This document shows positions 52,424 through 64,000 of a stretch of DNA of 64,000 nt, in pieces. Positions within the stretch are counted from its first letter, which is position 1. The number at the start of each line of letters is the position of its first letter. The notes under the pieces were generated by a model. The model saw only the letters and a program-made list of their open reading frames with translations. It was not told where the DNA came from and ran no database searches. The stretch comes from Kudoa neothunni (lineage: Eukaryota > Animalia > Cnidaria): NCBI GenBank assembly GCA_964304625.1, contig OZ199839.1, forward strand, positions 4,389,292 to 4,453,291, read 5' to 3'. Position numbers and translations under genes: made by a program.

Positions 52424-55423
52424 TTTAAATAATATTAAATAGATGTTAAGCTACCGATTTTCTGTAGTAAATTATTGATTATCTGAACCATCTTCTGCAA
52501 ATCAAAGTTAGAAAAATAACCAAGTGTACTTATAGAAAAAAATACTTTGATCAATGACTGTGTATAACACAAAATCGTATTACCGAGTGCATTTACATCG
52601 ACAGCCGAATGGATTACTTATGTATACCAAGAAACACACCCGGCCAATTTTATATTTCCAAATGTTTTTGCCTATTTTGTGGATTATTATTTGAAGAATA
52701 CTGTTATTATGCATTTTTAACGTTAAATAAGTGGGTTTTCGGAATGCGTACTCTTGTGTATTGTTTCCCGTAAAATATCAAATATAATAGTATTAGTTGA
52801 TATTTTAATCTGCTGTAAATGTGAATAATTAATATATTCTCTATCCAATAACGATAAATTGTCAATTCCGTGTTGTATCAGTTTATGGAACATTATATTT
52901 TGTTACTTTTTTCTCCATCACACAATTTAACTCGTTATCTTTGATTAACCTATAATATAACAATCATTCCTTCCCGTCTTTTCTATAAAGACACTACTTC
53001 AATTTTTTGACCGAATAGTTCTATTCTATGTTATATGTGTTGGGGTTTTGCTGATATTAATATGGTTATACTTTTTGAAATTCGAAATCATCAACTTTAT
53101 ATCTCGTAACCTTGTATAATTATAAGGTTTTATATGTCGTATAATTATAATATCACAGAAAGACCATCCAGTTAATAGAAACACTTAAAATGTGGGAAAT
53201 TAGATGGGACCATTGGAGATAATCGCGACGATTGTTATGAGTATTATCATTACGAACACCCTGTTAGATGTATCGTTGTTGACCCGACACTTGTGTTTTG
53301 ATGTTCGAAACAAAAACATAGGATTAAAATGTTTAATAAAACTTTAAAATCAAAAATATATTATGTGAAACAATTTTATCATATTTAGAAAACATTTAAA
53401 CTTATTATTCAGTAATACATTGGCTCACGAACTCTAAACTAAATGCTTGGATGTATCAATGTGTCGATTTAGTACGCTCCTTTGATGGTATAACTCTTAG
53501 CAGGTGATTATTACCTATTATTCGGATAGTTTTTATCTCTAAGCTTAAGAGAATTCTAACTCTGTGAATTAATTTTCAGGATTTGTTACATTATAAAGGG
53601 ACTGCTAAATTATATAAGTTGTTTTATCGAATATTAATCGTACAACATTCCATTGAGTATAAATAAATTGCTGATTCCAATTAGTTTAGAATAGTAAGTT
53701 TAAATTTAATCGAATTAACCTTAGGTGATTTTAAGATATAAAATTGAACACCTGTATTAGCATGAAGGAGTGAATTTTTCTAAAAACCTCATTTAACCCA
53801 GGTATATAATTATAAATGTTTCATACATAAAATGATTGATCAATTAATTTATTCCAATTTATCAACAAAATTAATATTTTGTATAATTCAACTTGAATTT
53901 TAACGACAAACTTTGTTATTAAAACATTAAGTTGGAGGCATTCTTCATCAACATTAATCCTTAGTTTAAAAACAAATTATTCGTTTAAAAATTATAAATT
54001 TAAAAACTTAATTATCTTCTGTGTCATTTTAAAAAACTTGATAAAACATAATTGTCATTTATTTATGCTAGACGTGAGGCGCGTAATATGCAAAACTTTA
54101 ACATCTCATTAAATATTGCTTCATTTTGTTAATTATTTTTATATAAATTATTTAGATAAAAACGTACTGCCAAAAGGATTAATTAATACATATAAGAACA
54201 AATAATCCATCACTCTTCCCATAATCAATATGAACGAAAAAAGATAAATTATGGAAGACTCCAGCATAATTAAGATTTAAACTTTTGGGAACACTTACCT
54301 TAAAATGGGTCAAAAGTTTTTTTATTTGTTATCTACAAGTACATGAATGTAAGTTACAGATTTCATAAGAGACTTTTTTCCTATTATTTTCCATTCAATA
54401 TCTACAATATTACAGCTACTCCTAAAAATAATGCGATCTGTAATATACCCAACAATTGTATTTCAAAGAATTCATTAGTAAAATGATTTCATTTTCACTT
54501 CTAAAAAAATTTTGTATAAAAAATTCCCGTCACAAACGTTTTTTTAATTATAAACATTATTTTTAAGATATTTCTTTTTATATGAGCGTTTTCTGACAGC
54601 TTTTTATTATAATACACGTTTCTTATATAAAACTAAAATAAATTATGTCGTAAATTGTTTTAAAGATAGGATAGGTTTATCGGTTAACTAGCATAAAAAC
54701 TATAAATACAATGTGTTATGTATATAGAGCCATTTTTAGAGGTGAAACTAATATAGTATCATCGGAATTTAGGTTGACTTGGTCCAATAAAACATTTTTA
54801 CTACTTAAGATGTTAATGTATAATCAGTGAAAATTTTTTCATTGAGAAAAAATAACAGCAAAATTAACTAAAGACTTGAAAAATGTAAACAATAGCTTGT
54901 AGGCATAATACCGAATATTCGGCTGTTTGTATTTTGGTATTCATTTTATCTTGTTCATAATTATAAAAATTTTTATAATAGCTTTGATGAATACATGTTT
55001 AAAAATAAAAATTTATACACATACCCATTATGAAAAGGTATAACGTGATTGTTTACAGTAAGATTGTGAGGTCACTTTACAAATCTATACACCTTTGCAA
55101 ATGATTTAAATGTCAATTTTCCATAACAGTTTTTATTTATAAATATATTTTCGTACAAATTATAAAAAATAAGAGTTCATTTAATGAAATTTTTTTGAAT
55201 AAAATAGATTTTTGCTCATTAGCTTGATGGCTCATAGTCCTGCTACTTACATCAAATCTTAGAGGCTTTGTGGTATAATTCTTCCAGTATCGAATATTAA
55301 ATTAAAAAATTTGGAATAGATTGAGATAAAAACGCATGAATAGTACTTCGAAAATAAGTTAAGTAGCGATAATTTTGGCTTAATGAGATTCTTGTTGTTG
55401 CTCTCAGGACCGAGCTGAGATAT

Positions 55424-55487
55424 GCAGCTTTCGTATAAGCGGTGAGATAACCCATGTGATGACAGGGTTCGAATCTCACACAGTCCA
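55424..55487 (+). pseudogene. Degenerate tRNA-derived sequence (tRNA pseudogene or SINE head)
   Basis: A-box-like TCGTATAAGCGGTGAG and B box GGTTCGAATC, but only about 64 nt and the stems do not pair. Confidence 0.3.
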
Positions 55488-57554
55488 CTATTTCTCTTTC
55501 AATGTAACATTTTAACTTAACAAAGGCTGTTGTAAAAGCTTAAGCTTATTTTATAATTATGTCACATGAAATTGCAATTGATTAAAGGGTGAATTTAGAT
55601 GTCGGAATAGTCTGACAGGCAGTTATGTAAAAAATGAGCTTGTCCTCTCGAGACTTATTAAAGAAAGTGGGATCATGAGTAGAATTACATAAACAAGTAT
55701 TTTTGGAGTTCCAAATTTATATACCATAGCAAAAAAGAAGCGAAAAAATCGTCAACTACGTTTCGAGGTTCAGGTAACTTCAGCGAGGAAGGAGCCCTCC
55801 CAAACAGCCAGGACCCAGGATTCTACAACCTAGTAAGTTTCGCCACAAAATTTACATTATAAATATTATAAAATAAATATGAAAAGGTATGGAAACACTA
55901 ACGATAGTTTTAAGCATTTTATCGTATATCTAGAGAACTTATCAATACAATCATCCTCAAATTGTCCAGGTTCCACATCTCCAAAACTGAGGACTATTCT
56001 TAGAAATATTTGATCAAATTTGCTTATTTGAGCGTCTATTAATAGATGGAAATCGCACTTTTAATCAAAAAAGTCTCAACTGCATTTTGATTAAATCTGA
56101 TTTAATACGAATTGCCGTTAGATCAATACCTTAAACGCCGTAATCCCTAATTATATTACAGAAGATAAAAGACTGCCAACCAAATAATATTCATAGTTAA
56201 ATTTTACTGGTACGTCTATTTCATTTTGTCAATTTGAATATTGCTCTCAGTTTTTTACTTAATGCCACTTTGATTCAATGAATTTAAGATGGTCTCTCTA
56301 TTGAAACATTTGATAGAAATACCGCATTGTAAAATTCCATCACTTAAAATTTGTATGCTACACGTCGACATATTATATTTGATTATTGCGGAATAAAGCC
56401 ATATAAAGAACAACTAAGCATTTGAATTCAGTTAAGGGGTATTTCACTCAACAATAGAAGGTTATAAAACTGATCTCTCAAGGATTGAATAAAGGGATTC
56501 ACTAAGGTTCTCAAACGACTCAAGAGCTTACTCGACCAACTTGGTTCTAATAACGTGCATAAATCTTCGTGAATATGTTGGAAATTAATTTCTATTCACA
56601 TTATTGCAAAAAATAAGATTGATCTTTAAACCTATAATAAAAATTCGGAATGGCAAACCAATAACTTTTGTTCCGTTAAGGTTATCCACCAGAATAATTA
56701 TGTAGGATTTGTAACATGTTAGTGCCTAATATAAATGAAGACAAAAACTTAAATTTAAAAATTTCTATTAAGAAAGAAAATTCTTAAAATTAACCACCAC
56801 TTTATCACATTGTTAACTTGAAAACCAACCTGAATGCATGAATGTGAAATTATTTCCTCCAATTTCTTCCCGTCGTATTTTTAATAATTTTAATTTGAAA
56901 AAACAACTCAAAAAATATTAAGAATATTCATCTTTCTTTTCTAATTCAATAATACAATTGAAATAATCGCAAACATCATTTACCTGTATGCAAATACAAC
57001 GTAAAAAAATTGATTCGAAAAAACAATTTCATTCAATAATAATTTAAAATTGCGTAATTTTGAATAAAATATCAGTGTTCAGAATTCTTCAGTTATAAAC
57101 TACAAACATAATTTCTAATAAATTATACCTAATAGAAACAAGATCTCTTAACTTTTAAATAATTTAATTTTTATAGTTATTTCTATTTGGCTTTCAAGAT
57201 TAAATAGGATATCTACTTCATTATTTCTACCGGTTGCGATGAACGGGTATTGCTTTGCTATGAGCGCAAAAGCTTGGTGATTGGAGAAATGCTGATATGA
57301 TAGGTTAGGATCATGTCTCTTCGCTTTCGAAAGGAAAAACGGAGAGAAATGATTATAAAGTCTATTTAAATATAAAATAATATTCACATACGCAATGTAT
57401 AAAATCAGCCTTATTCTTGAAATGTGGATATATCACGCAAATAACAAGTCATAAATTTATCATTCACAAGATTTTCATAGTTAAATCAAAAACAATTAAT
57501 GTACTACAAATTCAAGAGTAGTCGTCAGTCATAATTACTATTATTTAGAAATCC

Positions 57555-60500
57555 TTAGTTGGATGGCTTGGATTCGAAATAAAACGTGTATAGCTCTAAA
57601 GGAGTTGCATTTGTGAATCTTGAAACAAAATTCCACATTGCACATTTCATATGATGAAAATTTTTGAATATTTTTGATTTTTTTGAAGTGGATAAATTTT
57701 TATCGTATGCCGAATCTATACAGTGCCCAATTGCATCCAAACACTCTTTGAATTCATCTGAGTTAGAAACTTCATCAAAAATCCGTCCCCTAAAAATGAT
57801 CTCTAGCTTGGAGATGCTTTCTTTAATCGGCTTCAACAGTGAGCCACAACAATCCACCATTTTATCGGTTAAAGTAATTTCGGATATTTTCTCCTTTTCG
57901 TGCAAAGATGAGCAGTTAGTTGATGTAGTCGAGGAGGGGTTTAACGAATCATTTTTTAGAGGTTTCATGTACTGTGTAATAAGAGTACTATTGGAATGTT
58001 TTACTGAGCTCTTTCCACTACTTCGGTTATTCTTTGACTTTTCATTGTCAGTATTGTTGGAATTTGACTTTTTAGTCTAAAATAGCAATATTAGTGCCGT
58101 AGATAAAAAACTTAAATAATATACTTTTGGAGATTTGGTTGGTTTGTGATGGTCGCTCTCTTTAGAACTAGATTTTGAAGAAGTAACACTGGTTTGAGTC
58201 TTTTTCTTGGTGGGTGTTTTTTTAGATTTTGTGTGTTTCTTTGCATCCTCAAAATGATGATCATCATCGCTGGTTGGTTTAACCGAATCAACATCGTCTT
58301 CATTCTCATAATCTGAAAAACTACCACAATTGGAGTATTTCGTTCTGCAAAGAACATCAACTAAATCACTAAGGCGACTTTTCAATTTTTTGGAAATAGC
58401 CGAAGTAGACATGTCGATATTTTTGATCTAGTAATATAATTCAGTAACAAAATTATTACAAACCGATAAATGTTCTACCAAGGTTAACAGACCAGCATCA
58501 AACATCTCCTTCCAGTTACCATATCCCACGAAAAAAACTCCAACAATAAGCTCAGCGTCATGTTTTTGTTTCCAGTTAACTTTGTTGTGAATAGAAAACG
58601 GTGGAAATTTACAATATCTAAAACAGGCGCCAAGAGATGGAAACAACTCGCGGAAAAACTCCAGTGTAATATTGCCGACTTTCACGTTGGCAAAATCTGA
58701 ACTTTTATCAACAATATGACTTTTGATGTGTTGTGAAATCGGTTTAGCCATCTGTTCCCATTCATATAGTTCGGCACTACTGATTTGCACATTATTGATA
58801 GTCAATTTATTGGAACGAGTAGATTTGGCTTTGGAAGATGATTTCGGATTAGCTTTAGGCAATATACTATGAAGCCATTTGGAAAGTTGTTGAACTTGTT
58901 TGATGGGTTTATTGGATAACGAAGCATCTCTAGCTACAACCTCGCATCGTTCCCATGCTGATGGAAATTTTTTATAACTGGCAACAAACTTTTTAATATC
59001 ATGGCCAGTAAGTCCAATGAAATCGTTTACAAACTGAGAGAGCTTTCCTTTTTTTCGAGAAGCAGAAGTTGACTTCTTGTCATCACTCGAATCCACATAA
59101 TTATCATCACCAGAATTGTCCTCGTTATCATATTTATGGGCCTGTTTCTTGTTAGTTTTAGAGATAGATTTTTTGGAAGTTGTCTTTGATGTTAATGCGG
59201 TCAAGGGATCTATCAACGGAACAGTGGAGCGTCTTCTGGGAGGAAGATAGAGCTGAGCCATGCGTGCCGTTTCCTCCTCGTCCAGAATTCTTCGTCGTTC
59301 ATGTTCAGGAATAATATCATCCCACTTGAGACCCACTTCAGATTCGGATTCATCGTTTTCGCCGTTATCATCACCCATATCAAAGTCAGATGTTTTAAAG
59401 TTGGCCACTTTGAATGATGACAACAACTCCTCACTAACATTGTTTACGTTGTTTGGAGAGGGGTTCGAATTAAGTTGATCACCGTCATGTTCCTCAGCAA
59501 GCAGCAGAATTTGATCAATGTCCATTTCCTCGAGTTTGTCATCGTTATCGTCATCTTCTTCTTTGAACAGTTCTTCAGCGCCAAACTTGATAATTGAAGA
59601 GAGATCCTTTTTATCGAGATTCGACGCTATAGAATTGGACTTGGTGTTGCTACCACCACTTCCACCGATGAAGCCACCTCCCACTCCACTCATTGTTTGA
59701 ATGACAAGATGATCAAGAACCATTTTCTTTTTCGCTCGTTCGACAATAGTCTCATCAACTGAGCCTTTGGTGACCAGCCGATAAATTTTGACAGTCTTGG
59801 TCTGGCCGATACGATGGGCTCTGGCTTGGGCTTGTAGATCGTTCTGAGGATTCCAGTCCGAATCGAATATGATAACCACATCCGCGCTGACCAAATTAAT
59901 ACCGAGACCACCAGCACGTGTTGAGAGTAGGAAACAAAAATTCTCTGAACCTACAGCATTAAATTCGTTCATGGCTTGTTTACGTTTGGCTTCACCAACC
60001 GAACCATCCAAACGTTGGAACGAATACCCTTTCAGTGTCAGGTACGCAGACAAAATATCCAAAATCATAATCATTTGCGAAAATATCAACACACGACTGC
60101 CATCCCTTTTAAATCGTTCTAAAAGCTTATCCAATAGTATCATTTTTCCCCCTCCTCTCAATATATCCTGCAGAGTACAATCCACAAGATCCGTATGGGT
60201 GATTAAACTAGTGTGATTGCAGCATTTTTTCAATTCCATCATCACATTCAAAAATCCAGTGATATTACATTTCAGCTCCTTCGATAGTTGAGTATAGTTT
60301 TTGGTGAGGATACATTTGTAGAGATCTTTTTGCTTCTTGGTCATTTCTACACGAAGAATTTGCTCAATCTTTGGTGGCAGTGATTTTTCTACATCTTTCT
60401 TCATCCGTCTAAGAATGTATGGGGATATTTCTTTTTGCAATTTCATGTAGCCGGATTTGGGATCAACCTGAGAGAAATTCATCTCAAAATCATCCCATGA

Positions 60501-62756
60501 AGGATAACGATCTGGGAGAATAAAGTGCAGAATAGACCAAAGTTCACGTAAATTGTTTTGTAGAGGGGTGCCAGTCATCAACAACCGATGACTAGAGTAG
60601 AAAGTCTGTAGAGTGATGTACAGAGAACTCTCCACATTCTTTAGTCGATGAGCCTCATCAACAATCAACGAAACCCAGTCAAATTGACCGATAAATTCTT
60701 TATCTTTGATAATCATCTCGTAAGTGGTAACTAAAACATGAAATTTTAACTGGAAATTATAGATGTTAAATTCTTGAGAAGCTTGTGATTCAGCTGTATT
60801 TTGATCGCTCCGGATTTTTTCAAACAAATCTGGATTGTCATCTGCATCATTATCGAACATGGTGTATTTTCTCATGTTTTTTCTACTCTCAGCATTGCCT
60901 GTATAACCAATAACAGTAAGTCCGGGGGCCCATTTTTGAAAGTGTGTCTTCCAACTTTCAACAGTGGACAATGGGACAACAATCAAATAAGGGCCACTGA
61001 TTTGGTAGGTATGATATAACGTTGATATGAAGGAGATAACCTGTACAGTTTTCCCAAGACCCATTTCATCTGCAAGAATAACGCTTTTCTTTCTGCAGAA
61101 GGAACTGGTCATCCAGTTAATTCCTTCAAGTTGATAGTCACGAAGTATATTACATGTGGTGTGAAGAGGTTGTATATTGTAGGATACCGGTGGATTTGTT
61201 TCATCTTCCAACTTAACATCTTCCAATTCAAATTTGGTGGACTCATTACAGTTACAGTGGGCAATGAAATCAGGAGTGTTATCAACTTTGTAAAACTTGA
61301 GATTTCCCATGCGTCTCAAATCCAACTGATAGTACATTTTAGATTTCTTCAAAAAGTATTCTCTGATTGCATTGTGAAACAGCTTGTGGATAAATGCCGC
61401 ATCCTCCCAAGTTGCGTCACTGCAGGGCAAATTATTCCAATGACATAGAAAATGCACTCCTTCAGATAACAACTCATCTAAATTGATGTCACTCGTCGAC
61501 TCGTACAATGAATACTGTTCTAAAGCAACGTTGCTGGGTGATATTGCTAACAGACAATCGAGTTTAGTGAATTCTTCAAGCACACTGTCTATTGCTTGAT
61601 TCTTATCGGTGACCATGCTTTGAGAATGTTCATCCATTAAACTTACTGGATCAACTGTACACGATGGATCAATATTGTTGTCTTGACAGAAATTTTGAAG
61701 TTTTTTGGTATTGGTAACACCCAAGTCCGTGAGACTTTTCTCCGTCTCCCAGCTACAATGAAGATAGGACTTGTCCTTCCATTTTATAAGAAATTGCATC
61801 ACATAGAGCTTGGAATCTTCTTGTTTGACCGTTTCCTTATTAGATATTAATTGATATTCATCTCCCGACATTACAGTATCTTCGATCGCTTCAATTTTCA
61901 ACACAGTAGTATCATCAACCAAAGGGATAAACGAATCATCCGCATGTTGCTTACTGCCATTTTCGTCCTGGAGGGGCAGATGGAGTTGGTGTATTTTACT
62001 ACCAATCAGACTGACAGCCCCAAATCTATAGTTTAAAACTTTGTCAATGAGAGGTTTCTTCGACGTTGAATAAGCCATATCATTGTATTTGGTTTCCATT
62101 CCAAACTGATTTATATCAAATTTTTTCGATGTAACATGTGTTGATTCACAAGATGGCAAGTGATCCTCATCACCACTGGCAGCAGGCTCATACTTGTAAA
62201 AGTAGTCATTCTCGTCGTATTCCTCTTCGGAAAACAACTCTTCTTCAGTGGTTGTATCACCATAGTCGACTTCACCGTAGGTGGAAGACTTTTTTTTCTT
62301 TTTGAATTTTATAGAAGGGCGTCGAGATTTGCCAAATGCGCTTGATATACTGCGTTTAGTTGAGGATGGTGTTTTGGTTTTCTTGGTGGATTTGGTAGCG
62401 GCCCGCTTTTTCGATCTTTTTGAACCAATCACAAATTCATCATCATCCGAGTCCAACTCATCTATTGGTTCGGAGACTTCACATTCACTCAAATAATATT
62501 CATCGTATTCCTCTTCATCGGGTGGCAAGGCTATTTGCGATGAACGTTCTTCATAAAGATCGTCGTCATCGTCGCCACAATCACTGATTTCATCACTGGT
62601 AAAATCATTAAAATCGTCAAACATATTTTCATTATTAGTATCGTCGGGGAGAGTAGTGCCCCCATTAGCAATAGGATCAATCGGTTGTTGATCAGAAGCA
62701 ATTGCATCTGATTCTGCTTGAAAAATTAACTCATCAACATCATTATTTACATCCAT
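57555..62756 (-). CDS. CHD1: Chromodomain-helicase-DNA-binding protein 1/2, 3 exons
   Basis: Tandem chromodomains (FLIKWKDKSYLHCSWE, FLCHWNNLPCSDATWE). SNF2 ATPase (LADEMGLGKT, VDEAHRLKN, TGTPLQN, QAQARAHRIGQ). SLIDE-like WKQKHDAELIVGVFFVGYGNW. C-terminal CHCT-like LLKPIKESI...IGHCI...MWNFVSRF. Two short introns near 58428-58463 and 58078-58124. Confidence 0.96.
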
Positions 62757-62799
62757 ACTACAACAATTAGAGCTAATTCATTAAATAGAATAGATTACG

Positions 62800-62807
62800 T
62801 TTCCCGC
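62800..62807. promoter_or_regulatory. Possible E2F-type site upstream of CHD1
   Basis: TTTCCCGC about 45 nt upstream of the CHD1 ATG in an AT-rich background. Single motif only. Confidence 0.3.
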
Positions 62808-64000
62808 GTTTCATTATTCTCATTGTTGGGAGAGGGCATTTTCACAGTTGTTCACAACCAACTTCAACTAATCTATGCCGATAACAATCAAGCTTTAAGA
62901 AAGCATTTAACGTTAAAAATGTACTAGCCAATGTTTAGGTTATTGATTCGATTCGATAGACTAGGCAACAACGGAACACAGACAGCCTTCGAACCAGCCT
63001 TTATTGCGTATACAGATTCTGAGCGTGTTAACATGCGCCAACTTTATCAACTGACATCAGCGACAAAATTCACTCCAAAATCAAATTAAACATCGCACAG
63101 CGACTCACATAAATTGATCAGTAATTTAACTCAATTATGTGCACTAATTAGACAATTCATTGTTGATTTCATGTGTTTTAACAGAAATTGTTGTCTATAA
63201 GTCAAAAGGTTTTAATTTAAACTAATAATAAAGTGATAAATTAGTAACAACCCTCAACCGAAAAGCTGAGGCAGCCAGATCAATTAAATCCTTCGCCAGC
63301 CATCGTTAATTCTACCATAACGACTATTTGTTTTCACCTATCTAATCATTGGTTTGTTGTAGGTTAGTTGCGGCTAATTGGTTTATAAATTAAAACTTGC
63401 ACGATAAATTTCTTGATTATAAATTGAAAGTACATTTAACTGTTTCGGTGAGAATAGATAGCGCCGGGCGTATGGAAGCAGACGCGTCAGAATATTAGCG
63501 TACTTATAGTGATTGTATCCATTCAAAAATATACCAATGTGTATATAATAGAAAAAAAATATTGAGCAATTATAGTGCGCATAAATATTTCCTATTAAAA
63601 AGTTTTGCTTTTTTTTCATGATCGTTCCAATTCGTGGATCATTTTACTAATTATAATCTGGATTTTGACTACACGAGACAACAATGATGGCCGAAGTGGC
63701 TTCGTTTTTGTCAATTTTACTCAATTATACACTCGGAAAACGTTTTCATATTATTTTTAAACTTTTTGAATGTAATTTTGAAACTATTCTAGTACATTTA
63801 ATACCTAAATTTACGCTGATTTCGACGTGAATGGCTGAGTGCGTGGCACCTGTAAATTATCATCTTTTGCATGTTTTTTCCACTTTTTTATTGTTTCTTG
63901 TAATAAAATGGAATTCCAAGTACTAAAATTTGTATCAAAATAACAAACTGTTAAGTTTAACAACTCATCATCTGAACAATACTGGATACGGGTGCCATAT

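Noticed and set aside
59213-62496. Many short ORFs overlapping CHD1
   Set aside because: Shadow ORFs of the 4.3-kb exon.

Overview
AT-rich eukaryotic nuclear DNA with many 40-60 nt GT-AG introns and strongly diverged animal-type proteins. My inference is a fast-evolving, compact-genome invertebrate such as a myxozoan cnidarian; this is not proven. Genes assembled by hand from exons: HAD-IIA phosphoglycolate phosphatase (runs off the left edge), COA6 (missed by the ORF track), a secreted WSC-domain protein with a three-fold Cys motif, tRNA-Pro(TGG), pyruvate kinase, YRDC/Sua5 (five frameshifts), a large membrane-anchored arylsulfatase-B-like protein, AP-2 alpha adaptin and CHD1. Between about 11 and 47 kb lies a dense set of decayed DNA transposons (hAT, pogo/Tigger, piggyBac, MULE), several with readable TIRs and TSDs and two nested hAT-in-pogo insertions. 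The best candidate for new biology is the sulfatase-fold protein. Its formylglycine Cys, most metal ligands and both catalytic His are replaced, yet the fold, signal peptide and splice frames are kept, and it sits on a long N-glycosylation-rich stalk with a C-terminal transmembrane helix. It may be a pseudoenzyme surface receptor or adhesin for sulfated glycans. All exon structures and alignments were made by eye, against reference proteins recalled from memory.
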